Shown here one piece after another: positions 18,670 to 28,502 of a stretch of 64,000 bases of DNA; position 1 is the stretch's first letter, and every line of letters starts with the position of its first letter. Under the pieces are notes generated by a model. The model saw only the letters and a program-made list of their open reading frames with translations. It ran no database searches and was not told the origin of the DNA. This DNA is from Terrimicrobiaceae bacterium (GTDB taxonomy: Bacteria; Verrucomicrobiota; Verrucomicrobiia; Chthoniobacterales; Terrimicrobiaceae), in assembly GCA_044342325.1 (NCBI GenBank), contig JBIIPZ010000002.1, positions 79,138 to 143,137 of the forward strand, given 5' to 3'. Position numbers and translations under genes: made by a program.

Positions 18670-19811
18670 AGCACGATGCCTTTGAGGTATTCGGTTTCCG
18701 GTAGCCCCAGCACGACGGGGTGGTCGAGCGGTTGGCCGATGCGACGGATGAGCCTCATGTTTCGCTTCGCATCATGAAGTCCCTCCGCGATTGCTCCCTC
18801 AAACTCATGGGACGCGACATGGTGCGAGCAGGAGAAGGAGACGAGTATTCCGTTTTTTGAAAGCAGTGTTGCTGCCCGTGCGTGGAGGTCGCGGTAGCCG
18901 CGTAGGGCCTCGGCGATTTTGCCCCGCGCTTTGGTGAAGGAGGGCGGGTCGAGGATGATGAGATCGTATTCGGGTTTGTCGGGACGGCGGAGGAAGTCGA
19001 AGACATCAGCCTGTCGGGCTTCGACAGGGAGCCCATTGCGTGCTGCATTGTCGCGGAGGCGCGCTGAACTTTCCGTGCCGGATTCCACGGCGGTGACATG
19101 GGTTGCTCCCGCCTTGGCGCAGGCGAGAGCGAAGCCGCCTTGGTTGGAAAAGCAATCCAGCACGGTCAGGCCGTGCGAGAGTCCGGCGACAATGCCGTAG
19201 GATTCAACTTGGTCCAAGTAGAGACCAGTTTTGTGGCCGCCGAGGGGATCGACAAGGAATCTCACGCATGAGGTCTCAACTTCCACCTCGCCGGGATTTT
19301 GTCCTGCCAGAACTCCCGTGACGGGCGGCAACCCTTCTGCGGTGCGAACCGGAGCGTCATTTCGCTCGATCACACACGCAGTGCCGGTCTTCTCCATTAG
19401 GATGGCGGCGATGGTTTCCTTGTGCCGATCCATGCCGGCAGTGAGTGTTTGGAGAACCACCACATTTCCATACCGGTCGGCAATGACGCCGGGGAGTCCA
19501 TCGCTTTCGCTCCAGATCAGGCGCCCCAAATCGCTCCGGCAGCCCATGCGCTGGCGGTAATCAAGGGCCTGCTCGATGCGGCGGCTAAAAAAATCCGCGT
19601 CCAGATCCTGCCTCCGCCGCGAGAAGCGCCTCACGACGATTTGCGAGCGGGAGTTGTAAATGCCAACGCCGAGAAGGTGGTCACGGCCGTCCTTGATGGA
19701 AACGACATCTCCATCCGCTGGTGCGCCGAAGGATTTTTGAATCTCGCTGGCATAGACCCAGTCATGCCCATGCAAAATTCGCGAGCGCGGACGAACGATC
19801 ACGCCGCTCAT
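18648..19811 (-). CDS. rlmI: RlmI-like class I SAM-dependent rRNA methyltransferase
   Basis: PUA-like HDWVY, SESDGLPG, GHKTGLYLDQ, LDPPSF, SCSHH, ETEYLK. Confidence 0.85.
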   Translation of the reverse strand: MSGVIVRPRSRILHGHDWVYASEIQKSFGAPADGDVVSIKDGRDHLLGVGIYNSRSQIVVRRFSRRRQDLDADFFSRRIEQALDYRQRMGCRSDLGRLIWSESDGLPGVIADRYGNVVVLQTLTAGMDRHKETIAAILMEKTGTACVIERNDAPVRTAEGLPPVTGVLAGQNPGEVEVETSCVRFLVDPLGGHKTGLYLDQVESYGIVAGLSHGLTVLDCFSNQGGFALACAKAGATHVTAVESGTESSARLRDNAARNGLPVEARQADVFDFLRRPDKPEYDLIILDPPSFTKARGKIAEALRGYRDLHARAATLLSKNGILVSFSCSHHVASHEFEGAIAEGLHDAKRNMRLIRRIGQPLDHPVVLGLPETEYLKGIVLQSMPGR

Positions 19812-20275
19812 GAGTTGGCCTCCTCTTTGCTCAAAAATTCCCACTTCGAAAAGGTCGCGGCTTGTCCGGCATAGTTGCCGAGGGCATCGGTGACATTCCA
19901 CACCGTGGCTTGGCCGATTCGAAACCGGCGGCCTTTGCTCGAGATTCGAATGCCCGAGTAGTCGTCGATAAATCCCCGCTCCCTGACGCGCCGCAGGAAT
20001 TCCGCGCGCTCGTCGCGGTGCATCGGTTCAGCGGTGAGTCGCGATGGCGTGCGTGTGAGCCTGTCCCAATCCATTTCCCAAAGATCCATTGCCGTCTTGT
20101 TGCCGTAGTTCAAAATCTGATCGCCCTCCGCTCCGTATGAGACCACTGCGAAAGTCGCTTCGAAAAGCATCCGCGCCTCATCGCGGGAATCTCCGCAGGG
20201 TTCGATCAAGTGACCTCCAGTCAACAGATGGTAGGTGCGCAGCAGTTCCGCGCCGTGAGTTTCTATAAAATCCAT
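19808..20275 (-). CDS. Stand-alone MEKHLA (PAS-like) domain protein
   Basis: ILNYGN..A..LWEM.W....PSRLTAEP..R; YSGIRISSKGRRF.I..ATVWN; GQAATF. Confidence 0.85.
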   Translation of the reverse strand: MDFIETHGAELLRTYHLLTGGHLIEPCGDSRDEARMLFEATFAVVSYGAEGDQILNYGNKTAMDLWEMDWDRLTRTPSRLTAEPMHRDERAEFLRRVRERGFIDDYSGIRISSKGRRFRIGQATVWNVTDALGNYAGQAATFSKWEFLSKEEANS

Positions 20276-20366
20276 CGCGTGAGGCTATCCGCTTCGAGCT
20301 TCTCTGACGACGGATTTTCCGATGCGAGACTTGTCTCGGCGCAGGCGATGCGTTCAGATGCCCACC

Positions 20367-20759
20367 ATGAAAAAACAACTCCGCGATGTTCCCGGTGGTC
20401 CGCCGGCCCTTGGTCCCTACTCGCTTGGCGTGGTGGCCGAGGGGAAATTCGTCTTCGTCTCGGGCATGACGCCATGGGATCCCTCGACAGGAAAAATCGA
20501 GCGCGGATCGATCGCCCGCCAGACCGAACTTGTCCTCGAGAATATCCACAAGGTGCTCGTCGCCGCCGGGGCAGGATTTGAAAATGTTGTCAGCACTCGG
20601 GTCTATCTCTCCAACCTTTCGAAGGAAAATTTCCAAGAGATGAATGCGGTCTATGCCCGTTACTTCGGGGAGTCCGCGCCAGCCCGCGCCACGATCGGCG
20701 CACAACTTCCGGGTGACTTCGATGTCGAAATCGAGTGCGTGGCAAATCTTTTGGGTTGA
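20367..20759 (+). CDS. RidA/YjgF family protein
   Basis: PPALGPYS, FVSG, MNAVYARYF, PARAT, VEIE; start could also be 20358. Confidence 0.9.
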   Translation: MKKQLRDVPGGPPALGPYSLGVVAEGKFVFVSGMTPWDPSTGKIERGSIARQTELVLENIHKVLVAAGAGFENVVSTRVYLSNLSKENFQEMNAVYARYFGESAPARATIGAQLPGDFDVEIECVANLLG

Positions 20760-20783
20760 CGCCTTGATTTTCGCCCGTAGCAT
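20756..20783 (+). promoter_or_regulatory. Sigma70-like promoter for the rpmH operon
   Basis: TTGACG (20756-61), 16-bp spacer, TAGCAT (20778-83), 21 bp before the rpmH ATG. Confidence 0.55.
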
Positions 20784-20804
20784 CTCACCTCCAATTTTGA
20801 GATT

Positions 20805-20978
20805 ATGAAACGCACTTACCAGCCTTCCAAGCGCACGCGCAAGCAGCAGTTCGGTTTCCGCGCCCGTATGAAGACCAAATCCGGTCGGGCCATCCTGAAC
20901 CGCCGCCGCCGCCATGGCCGCAAACGCCTGCTTCCAAAAGGTGTCGAGGTTCACTTCGCAAGACACACCGAAGCCTGA
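20805..20978 (+). CDS. rpmH: 50S ribosomal protein L34 (57 aa, C-terminally extended; not in the ORF track)
   Basis: Manual translation [57 protein letters not shown]. Confidence 0.97.
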   Translation: MKRTYQPSKRTRKQQFGFRARMKTKSGRAILNRRRRHGRKRLLPKGVEVHFARHTEA

Positions 20979-21342
20979 TCCAGTCGGCCAGCGTTTTCCT
21001 AAAACCGCCCGGCTCCGTCAGACCAGGGATTTCACACGGGTTCGCGAGCACGGGAAATCATCCCAAGCCCGCCTCATTCGCATCGGTCTCCTCCGCACCG
21101 GGGGAGACGACTCTGCGAAAGTGGGCATCATCACTTCCCGCCGCGTCGGTGGTGCGGTCGCTCGCAATAAGGTGCGCCGCCGTCTGCGGGAAATCCTCAA
21201 GTCCTGTATCACCCAAATCCCGGCCGGATTTCTCGTGGTGATAGTTGCCAAGTCGGCCGCTGCCGAGGCGTCCTTCGAACAATTAAAAGCGGAATGGTTG
21301 CTTCTTGCGCGCCGACTTTCTATTTTGCCGCCTCTCGAATGA
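20914..21342 (+). CDS. rnpA: Ribonuclease P protein component (start at ATG 20914 or GTG 20941, both inside rpmH)
   Basis: RFPKTARL...[26 protein letters not shown] (RNR motif); canonical position after rpmH. Confidence 0.92.
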   Translation: MAANACFQKVSRFTSQDTPKPDPVGQRFPKTARLRQTRDFTRVREHGKSSQARLIRIGLLRTGGDDSAKVGIITSRRVGGAVARNKVRRRLREILKSCITQIPAGFLVVIVAKSAAAEASFEQLKAEWLLLARRLSILPPLE

Positions 21343-21596
21343 AACACCTGCTCATCGCTCTGATCCGCTGCTACCAGCTTGCGGTCTCTCCGTTTCTGCA
21401 GGTGATCTGCGGTCCGGGTTGCGGTTGCCGTTTCGATCCCTCCTGTTCCCGGTATTTCATTTCAGCCCTCCAGAATCACGGAACCCTTCGTGGCACGCTT
21501 CTCGGCCTTCGTCGAATCGCGCGCTGCCACCCTTGGGGCGGTTGTGGTTATGACCCCGTGCCGCCAGCATTCAAACCTCTCTCACCTATAAATTAA
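21339..21596 (+). CDS. yidD: Membrane protein insertion efficiency factor
   Basis: CRFDPSCS..., [17 protein letters not shown]. Confidence 0.95.
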   Translation: MKHLLIALIRCYQLAVSPFLQVICGPGCGCRFDPSCSRYFISALQNHGTLRGTLLGLRRIARCHPWGGCGYDPVPPAFKPLSPIN

Positions 21597-23338
21597 TGGA
21601 CCGTAAATCCTGGATCGCCATCATTCTTTCAGTCACCGGCCTCTTCGCCTGGCAATGGTATATCAGTAAATACTACAAGCCAGAGCCCCTGCCCGCCGGG
21701 GCGTCTGCCGCGCCGACTGCCACACCATCCGCTGCCGTGGCTGCGACGCCCACAGTGACTCCAGTCACAACGGCCGAGCCTCCACCCTCCATGTCGGCGC
21801 GCGCTGAGAGCCTCAGCACGAAAAGCACAGAATTTGTTTTCAACAACGACGCTGGCGGCATCGAGCAGGTCATCCTCCGCATGCACCTCGGAGAGAATCA
21901 TGACAATGTCGCTTTGAATCGCAGTCGCTCCATGCCCATTGGCGCTTTCGGGTTCAACCCCGGCGAGGTGTTGGGCGGATTTGAAATGACCGCCGACCGC
22001 GCCAAGGGCGAGGTCTTTTTCAAGCGCACACAACCCGATGGACTCGAGATCAGCAAGCGATTCACGCTTCCGCCGGGCGACGGCACAAAATCCCCCTACA
22101 CGGTGAATCTAGAGGTCACCTTCACCAACCCCGGCTCTGCGGCCATTCAAGTCCCGGATTTCTTCATCTCTGCAGGCGGAGCCGCTCCCATCCACATCCA
22201 CGACCTCCCCATGTATACTCGCTTCGATTGGGGGCATGAGGCCAAAATGTCGAACATCGATGTGAATTGGTTCTCCGCCAGTTCGGTTCCCTTAATTGGA
22301 ATTCCTATCCACGGCGAGCGCCCGCTCTACCTCGAGAGCAATCCCGACATCCGCTGGGCAGCTGTTGCCAGCCAGTATTTCTGCACTATCGTGACTCCGC
22401 AGGCCGGCTCCGCCACAAAATCCGTTTGGGCAAAACGCTTCGACGCCCCGAAATTCAACGGCACTCCCGTGTTTGGCGTGCAAGGCGGACTCATCCAAGG
22501 CGGGCTCTCGCTTCCTCCCGGCACGCGTGAGACACGCACCTTCCAAATTTACTCAGGCCCCAAGGAAATTCCCCGCCTGCGCGAGCTTGGCCCCACACAG
22601 GACCAAGTCATGAGCTTTGGAATGTTCGGCTTCGTGAGCGAATTCCTGCTCTGGGCGATGAATCACCTCTACGCACTCCTCGGCAACTACGCCACAGCCA
22701 TCATCGTTCTTACCATTTTGATCAAGACCATCCTCTGGCCTGTTCAAAACAAGGCGACGAACGAGATGCGTAAGATGGCACTTCTCGCGCCCAAGATGAC
22801 CGAGATGCGGGATAAATACAAAGACAGCCCGCAGAAGCTCAACGAGGAGACCATGAAGCTCTACAAAGAGTATGGGGTGAATCCTTTCAGCGGTTGCCTG
22901 CCCATGCTCATCCAGATTCCGATTTTCTTTGGCTTCTATTCGATGCTTGGCACCGCCATCGAGCTTCGCAATAGCTCGTTCTTCTGGGTCGCCGATCTCT
23001 CTCAACCCGACACGATCGCCCATGTGCTTGGATTCCCCATCAATGTTCTGCCTATCGTCATGGCAGGCACCATGGTGTGGCAGATGGTGATCACACCGAA
23101 AACCGGTGATGCCATGCAGCAGCGCATTTTCTACTTCATGCCGATCATTTTTCTGGTCTTCTGCTACAACTACGCCAGCGGACTCGCGCTCTATTGGACA
23201 ACCCAGAATATTTTCTCTATCGTGCAGCTCTACCTCACGCGGAACAAACCACTTCCCACGCTTGAGAAAAAAAGTGTGGTCGCCAAGCGGACCGCAGTCG
23301 AGGCCAAGAAAAAAAGTAAAAACCGCCACAGCCCATGA
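21596..23338 (+). CDS. yidC: Membrane protein insertase
   Basis: GVNPFSGCLPMLIQIPIF, DLSQPD, SGLALYW. Confidence 0.95.
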   Translation: MDRKSWIAIILSVTGLFAWQWYISKYYKPEPLPAGASAAPTATPSAAVAATPTVTPVTTAEPPPSMSARAESLSTKSTEFVFNNDAGGIEQVILRMHLGENHDNVALNRSRSMPIGAFGFNPGEVLGGFEMTADRAKGEVFFKRTQPDGLEISKRFTLPPGDGTKSPYTVNLEVTFTNPGSAAIQVPDFFISAGGAAPIHIHDLPMYTRFDWGHEAKMSNIDVNWFSASSVPLIGIPIHGERPLYLESNPDIRWAAVASQYFCTIVTPQAGSATKSVWAKRFDAPKFNGTPVFGVQGGLIQGGLSLPPGTRETRTFQIYSGPKEIPRLRELGPTQDQVMSFGMFGFVSEFLLWAMNHLYALLGNYATAIIVLTILIKTILWPVQNKATNEMRKMALLAPKMTEMRDKYKDSPQKLNEETMKLYKEYGVNPFSGCLPMLIQIPIFFGFYSMLGTAIELRNSSFFWVADLSQPDTIAHVLGFPINVLPIVMAGTMVWQMVITPKTGDAMQQRIFYFMPIIFLVFCYNYASGLALYWTTQNIFSIVQLYLTRNKPLPTLEKKSVVAKRTAVEAKKKSKNRHSP

Positions 23339-23805
23339 ATGCGACACCCGTTGAGATTCTTGATACCCTCCTTGGCTACCTCGGCTTTGTGGCCGAAGTC
23401 AAAGAAGAGCAAAACGACGGCAATACCACGCTTCAGATCCTCACCAACGAAACCGACCGGCTCATAGGCCGCCATGAAGAGGTGATGGATGACCTTCAGT
23501 ATCTCGTCAATCGCATCCTCACCTCGCAAAATCCCCCTGGTGCCCGGGTCATTGTCGATGTCCAACACTATCGCAGCATGCGCGATGACGCCCTTGTAGC
23601 CAAAGTGCGCCAACTCGCCAGCGCCGTCCGCGCCAGCGGCCGCCCGATGCAAACCGCACCGCTCAATTCCTACGACCGCCGCATCGTGCACAACGCCTTT
23701 AAAGACGATCCTGAACTCGTCACCTGGAGCCCGCCTGATGAAGCCCGAGTGAAACGCATCACAATCCGCAAGCGCCCCGTCCGCCGCTCCGATTCGCCCG
23801 CCTGA
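23335..23805 (+). CDS. jag: Jag/KhpB-like KH+R3H RNA-binding protein (short form)
   Basis: LIGRHEE..DDLQYL; PLNSYDRRIVH (R3H). Confidence 0.85.
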   Translation: MNATPVEILDTLLGYLGFVAEVKEEQNDGNTTLQILTNETDRLIGRHEEVMDDLQYLVNRILTSQNPPGARVIVDVQHYRSMRDDALVAKVRQLASAVRASGRPMQTAPLNSYDRRIVHNAFKDDPELVTWSPPDEARVKRITIRKRPVRRSDSPA

Positions 23806-23821
23806 GCGAGCCCGCCCATTC

Positions 23822-24085
23822 ATGTCCGAACCACGCCTCAGCGACCTCAAAAGCCGCGCCCAGCTCCTCAAACCCGTCCTCAAACTCGGCAAAGCCGGAG
23901 CCACCCCGGAGTTCCTCGCCGCCCTCGAAGAGCAGCTGAACCTGCATCAAATCCTGAAAATCCGCTTCGAAGGATTCAAAGAGGAACGCAAAACCCTCTC
24001 CAAAGAACTCGCTGCCAAAACAAATTCCCTCCTCGTTCAGCAGGTCGGCCACACCGCCGTCTACTATCGCCGAGCCAGCGCGTAA
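23822..24085 (+). CDS. yhbY: YhbY/CRM RNA-binding protein
   Basis: LKPVLKLGKAG, H.ILKIRF, QQVGHTAVYYR. Confidence 0.88.
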   Translation: MSEPRLSDLKSRAQLLKPVLKLGKAGATPEFLAALEEQLNLHQILKIRFEGFKEERKTLSKELAAKTNSLLVQQVGHTAVYYRRASA

Positions 24086-24134
24086 GCAGCGCAAACATCT
24101 TCCAGTGGCCTGTCTGCCTCCCCGTGCTTCTTGG

Positions 24135-25001
24135 TCAGTTGATCTTCACAGTGCCCGTTTTCTTTTTGCGCTTTGGAGATTTTTTTACCGGTTTCCGCTT
24201 TTGGGTAATCGCCTTTTTTGCGGTCGGTTTGGTCTTTGACGGTGAAGGGACTTTTTTTCGGGAGGCTGGAGCTTTATCAAGAGTCTGCGCTGGCGCTTTG
24301 GAGTCGATTTCCACGCCGAAGATGGAAGAAAGATCGTCTTCGGCAAGCGAGGTGGCCTCGCCAAGCGGGGCGGCCGCGCTTTCACTGGCCGCAGCGAGAA
24401 GGTCCTGCATATCGACACCGCGGAGAGTAAAGAATAACTCGGGCGAGGCGTCCAGACGCGCTCCAACTCCGTAAAGAACGGCTGCAACATGCTTACACAT
24501 ATCGGCCCAATCCGGACAGCTGCAGTCGAGCTTGATCTCCTTGGGTGATGGAAAAAGCCCGCTGTCCTTGGCGGTGAGCGAGGCCAAAAGGTCTTTCGAA
24601 AGGCGCCCTTGGAGGAGGTCTAGCAAATTTGTGACCTGCCCTGTTGAGGTATTCACAAAGGCTTTCCAGCGATCGCTCGCGAGCGGGCTGATCGTAACAG
24701 CAATTTTGTAAAGCGAGGATCCTTGAACGAGTGCGGTGACACGCCCGGCTTCAATTTTCAGATCAATCACCGATCCGTTGCGGGCATAGGTGCGCCCGCG
24801 GGGGAGGCGGTTTTCGTAATCGCTATACGCCTCCAGATTTGCGCACCACGCCTTGCCCCAGAATGTCTTGGCAATCGCCCGGCCTTCGATGACCACCGGT
24901 TCGAGTTTGAGTCCGTTTTTTTGCAGTTTTGTGGCTGCCTTTGCCGCTTGGGCGCGACGTGCTGCGACTGGAACGTATGGTTTGTAAAATCCTTGGAACA
25001 T
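24135..25001 (-). CDS. SWIM zinc-finger protein with Lys-rich tail
   Basis: NRLPRGRTYARNG; CSCPDWADMCKH. Confidence 0.88.
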   Translation of the reverse strand: MFQGFYKPYVPVAARRAQAAKAATKLQKNGLKLEPVVIEGRAIAKTFWGKAWCANLEAYSDYENRLPRGRTYARNGSVIDLKIEAGRVTALVQGSSLYKIAVTISPLASDRWKAFVNTSTGQVTNLLDLLQGRLSKDLLASLTAKDSGLFPSPKEIKLDCSCPDWADMCKHVAAVLYGVGARLDASPELFFTLRGVDMQDLLAAASESAAAPLGEATSLAEDDLSSIFGVEIDSKAPAQTLDKAPASRKKVPSPSKTKPTAKKAITQKRKPVKKSPKRKKKTGTVKIN

Positions 25002-25009
25002 AAGCGGAT

Positions 25010-27703
25010 TTATTCAGTCAAGGCCGTTCGAATGTCGAGAGAAACGAAGTTCAGCAGTTCTGCATTCGACATTTCAGTGAGCTGGGTTTCAGCTCCGCCT
25101 TCGCTGTCGAGGAGCGAGTCAGAGAGGGATTTTTTGCGGGTGATGAGTTCGTCGATCCTCTCCTCTATCGTTCCACGACAAACGAATTTGTGGACCAGAA
25201 CATTTCGTTTCTGGCCGATGCGGAAGGCGCGATCGGTGGCCTGATTCTCAATCGCGGGGTTCCACCAACGATCGAAGTGGATGACATGACTGGCGGCTGT
25301 CAGAGTGAGCCCGGTGCCACCGGCTTTGAGCGAGAGAACAAAAAACGGGGGACCATCGTTTCGCTGGAAATCTTCGACCATTTTGCGGCGTTGAGGCACC
25401 GGTGTGCCGCCGTGAAGAACCAGCCCAGGCCTGCCGAAGAGTCCATGCAGATAATCCGCCAGCGGCTGTGTGATTTCCCGAAATTGGGAGAACACGATCA
25501 CCTTTTCCTGCCGGGAGGCGATCTCGTCGGCCAGGGCGGCCAGGCGCAAAAACTTCCCGCTTGCCTCCGGTTCGTAGTTTCCACCACCCGTCCAATGATC
25601 CGGATGGTTGCAGATTTGTTTAAACCGCATCAGGTAGGCCAGAACCAGACCTCGACGCTGGATGCCATCCGTGATCGTCTCCAGCTTCTCCGCGAGTTCA
25701 GCGACGGTTTTTTCGTAAAGCACAGCCTGCTTCTTGGCCAAAGGACACCAGGCGGTGAGTTCGGTTTTGTCAGGGAGATCGGCAATGATGCGGCGGTCGG
25801 TTTTCAGTCGCCTCAAAAGATAGGGCGTGATCAATCGGCGCAGAGGCGCGAAGTCCGGTGGACTGCCGCCTTGAATGCGCTTCACTGCAAGGGAGAACTC
25901 CGGCGAAGTGCCAAGTAAACTGGGATTCAGAAAATCGTAGAGTGACCAGAGGTCGCCTAGGCGGTTCTCAATCGGAGTGCCACTCAGGGCAATGCGCGAA
26001 CGGGCGGGGATCAATTTGACCATGCGCGTCTGTTTACTGCCTGGATTTTTGATGGCTTGGGCCTCATCGAGAATGAGCAAACGCCACTGGCGCTCCTTCA
26101 TCCACTCCAAGCGCGATGCCTGGCCGTAAGTCGTGAGAGCGAGGTCGCAACCTAGTATGAGCCGATCCGCACTGGCTGCATCGCGCCAGTCCTCCGGCGG
26201 TGTCTCGGAGGGATGCAGGCACACCGCACGCAGGCGCGGAGCGAAGCGTGCGATCTCCGATTTCCAGTTCGCCAGAAGCGATGCCGGTGCGATGAGTAGT
26301 GAGGGCGCTCCGGGGGCTTCCTCCTTGAGTCGGTTCAGCAGGGCGATGATCTGAATGGTTTTTCCAAGCCCCATGTCGTCGGCAAGGCAGGCTCCCAGAC
26401 CGAGATTTTGCAAAAGCCAAAGCCATTTCACACCCTCGGCCTGATACGGCCTCAGTGTCGCAGCCATGTGTTCATTCGGATCAAATGTGACCGCTTGTGC
26501 CGGATCGGCCATTTTTGCAAGGGCATCCCTGAGCACGCCTCCAGCGACAACCTGGCTCCACTCCGGAGCGTTCGCTGTAGAAGCTTCAGTTTCATTGCGT
26601 GAACCTCCCCGGTAACCAGCGAGCAGGCGCATGGCCTCAAGAAAGGAAACTCCTTCGGTTTTTGCCGAAACCGTTTCCCAGTGCGACAGGACATCCTGCA
26701 GCTTGCCATGATCGACCTCGATCCATTGTCCGCGCAGCGAGACAAGGCCGTCCTGCCCACTCATCAGGTCCTTCCATTCCTTCTCGCTGAGAGGTTCGCC
26801 GTCCAGCGTGGTGTGGATGGAAAAAGACATCATCGCATCCAAGCCGACGCCCGAGCTTTCAGCGCCACCGATGCAAATGCTGACCTTAGGACGCGAGGCG
26901 CGACCATTTTTCCACCAGTTTGGAATGCGTGTCACAATGCCTGCCTCCTCAAGCGCCGGAACCTCCCGCAGAAATGCATGCGCTTGTAAAGGCGACCACG
27001 ATTGGGCTTGGAAGACGCGCCGACTGTCGAGCAGGTCGCGCACCCACGGGCTTGTTTCCGCTGCCTTCTGCACAGGCTCGAGAAGAGACCTCAGCGCAGC
27101 TTGGTTTTTAGCGCCGGCATATTCCTGCAAAGCTCGCGCTAGAGGCAGGTGGACCGGCTTTTCCCCCCCGCTCAGCCGATGGGTATAAGTCGCCATGAAA
27201 GCAAAAGGCGTGTCGGGGGTTCGTTTATTCTCGGCGAGATGGAAAGTGACTTTCCCGAGAAGGCGCAGCGCAGGATTGATCGAGGCCAAGCATTCACGCA
27301 AGCCGCCGACTTGGAGCGAAGCCTCCCGCGCGGACTGGACGATGGCCCCCCATAGCGCCTCAAAGACCTCCGGACTCGCATACTCGGCCCCGCGCATCGC
27401 AGGAATCCGCAGAGTCAAATCAAAGGCCATATCCTCAGGCATAGGAACGGACTCTGGAAATGTGCCATCCGATGATACGGGCGTGTGTGCGAGGGCTGTG
27501 AGGCAGGCATTGGCAAACCCACGCCAAAAACCAAAACTTGCACCGGTCTGAATTTCCGGACGTTTACAAGCAGCCAGTGCCAACAATCCCGCTCCATCTC
27601 CCGCAGCAAAGGCAGCGTGGACGGCGTTGTCCGTAACGGGTGGGCCTTGGTGACCTGTGTCTACCACCACCCTCCCAAGAGGTGTCAGCGCAAAATCCAT
27701 CAA
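25010..27703 (-). CDS. SNF2-family helicase/ATPase
   Basis: LADDMGLGKT, DEAQ, SGTPIEN, GGTGLTL, WWNPA.ENQATDRAFRIGQ. Confidence 0.93.
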   Translation of the reverse strand: MMDFALTPLGRVVVDTGHQGPPVTDNAVHAAFAAGDGAGLLALAACKRPEIQTGASFGFWRGFANACLTALAHTPVSSDGTFPESVPMPEDMAFDLTLRIPAMRGAEYASPEVFEALWGAIVQSAREASLQVGGLRECLASINPALRLLGKVTFHLAENKRTPDTPFAFMATYTHRLSGGEKPVHLPLARALQEYAGAKNQAALRSLLEPVQKAAETSPWVRDLLDSRRVFQAQSWSPLQAHAFLREVPALEEAGIVTRIPNWWKNGRASRPKVSICIGGAESSGVGLDAMMSFSIHTTLDGEPLSEKEWKDLMSGQDGLVSLRGQWIEVDHGKLQDVLSHWETVSAKTEGVSFLEAMRLLAGYRGGSRNETEASTANAPEWSQVVAGGVLRDALAKMADPAQAVTFDPNEHMAATLRPYQAEGVKWLWLLQNLGLGACLADDMGLGKTIQIIALLNRLKEEAPGAPSLLIAPASLLANWKSEIARFAPRLRAVCLHPSETPPEDWRDAASADRLILGCDLALTTYGQASRLEWMKERQWRLLILDEAQAIKNPGSKQTRMVKLIPARSRIALSGTPIENRLGDLWSLYDFLNPSLLGTSPEFSLAVKRIQGGSPPDFAPLRRLITPYLLRRLKTDRRIIADLPDKTELTAWCPLAKKQAVLYEKTVAELAEKLETITDGIQRRGLVLAYLMRFKQICNHPDHWTGGGNYEPEASGKFLRLAALADEIASRQEKVIVFSQFREITQPLADYLHGLFGRPGLVLHGGTPVPQRRKMVEDFQRNDGPPFFVLSLKAGGTGLTLTAASHVIHFDRWWNPAIENQATDRAFRIGQKRNVLVHKFVCRGTIEERIDELITRKKSLSDSLLDSEGGAETQLTEMSNAELLNFVSLDIRTALTE

Positions 27704-27911
27704 TCAATGTTTTGCAGTTTGGCGCCGAATGAAAATGGAAAAAGCCAATCGTCGCCATTTGGAATCGGACTCTAAAAGCAGAGCTCCATGTTGTTTGCAC
27801 AGTCCCTCTACCGAAGAGTCGAACTCTAAGGGACTTCGAGTTCTATCACGCAGCGAGATGCATCATGTCACCGGTCTTCACAAAGGTTGGGCCATCTGTT
27901 TGACTACATCC

Positions 27912-28502
27912 ATGCCACGTGAAGCAACAATCCACCGCACGACTTCGGAAACCTCGATTCAACTCACCATCAAGCTCGATGGTTCAGGCGTATCCCGCAT
28001 TTCCACCGGGATCGCTTTTTTCGACCATATGCTCACCCTGTTTTCAAAACACGGCCTCATGGATTTGGATGTCACCGCGAAGGGCGATATCGAAGTGGAT
28101 TTTCATCACACTGTGGAGGACACCGGCATTGCGCTCGGGCAGGCGATCACGCAGGCGCTGGGGGACAAGGCGGGCATTCGCCGGTATGGATTTTTCTATG
28201 TTCCGATGGATGAAGCCCTCGTCCGCGCTGTGGTGGATCTCAGCGGCAGGCCGTTTCTGGCTTACAATGCTCCGGAGCGTGTCTCGCCGATCGGCGGCAA
28301 TTTCGAGTTTCAGTTGGTTGAGGAATTTCTGCGCGCCCTCTCGGTGCATGCTGGCATGAACCTGCATGTGGACATTCTAGCCGGTCGCGATGCCCACCAC
28401 ATGGCTGAGGGGGTTTTTAAATCCCTCGCCCGCGCGCTGGATCAGGCGACAGCGGTGGACTCCCGCGTTCAAGGCATTCCGAGCACGAAGGGTGTCTTGT
28501 GA
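27912..28502 (+). CDS. hisB: Imidazoleglycerol-phosphate dehydratase
   Basis: FFDHML, DFHHTVED, MDEAL, HHMAE, PSTKG. Confidence 0.95.
   Translation: MPREATIHRTTSETSIQLTIKLDGSGVSRISTGIAFFDHMLTLFSKHGLMDLDVTAKGDIEVDFHHTVEDTGIALGQAITQALGDKAGIRRYGFFYVPMDEALVRAVVDLSGRPFLAYNAPERVSPIGGNFEFQLVEEFLRALSVHAGMNLHVDILAGRDAHHMAEGVFKSLARALDQATAVDSRVQGIPSTKGVL

Noticed and set aside
20700..20810. oriC near rpmH-rnpA-yidC
   Set aside because: No dnaA/dnaN and no DnaA-box cluster; ridA lies directly upstream
27657..27857. Long N-terminal extension of hisB in the ORF track
   Set aside because: It overlaps the SNF2 start and is not HisB-like; conserved sequence starts at MPREA (27912)
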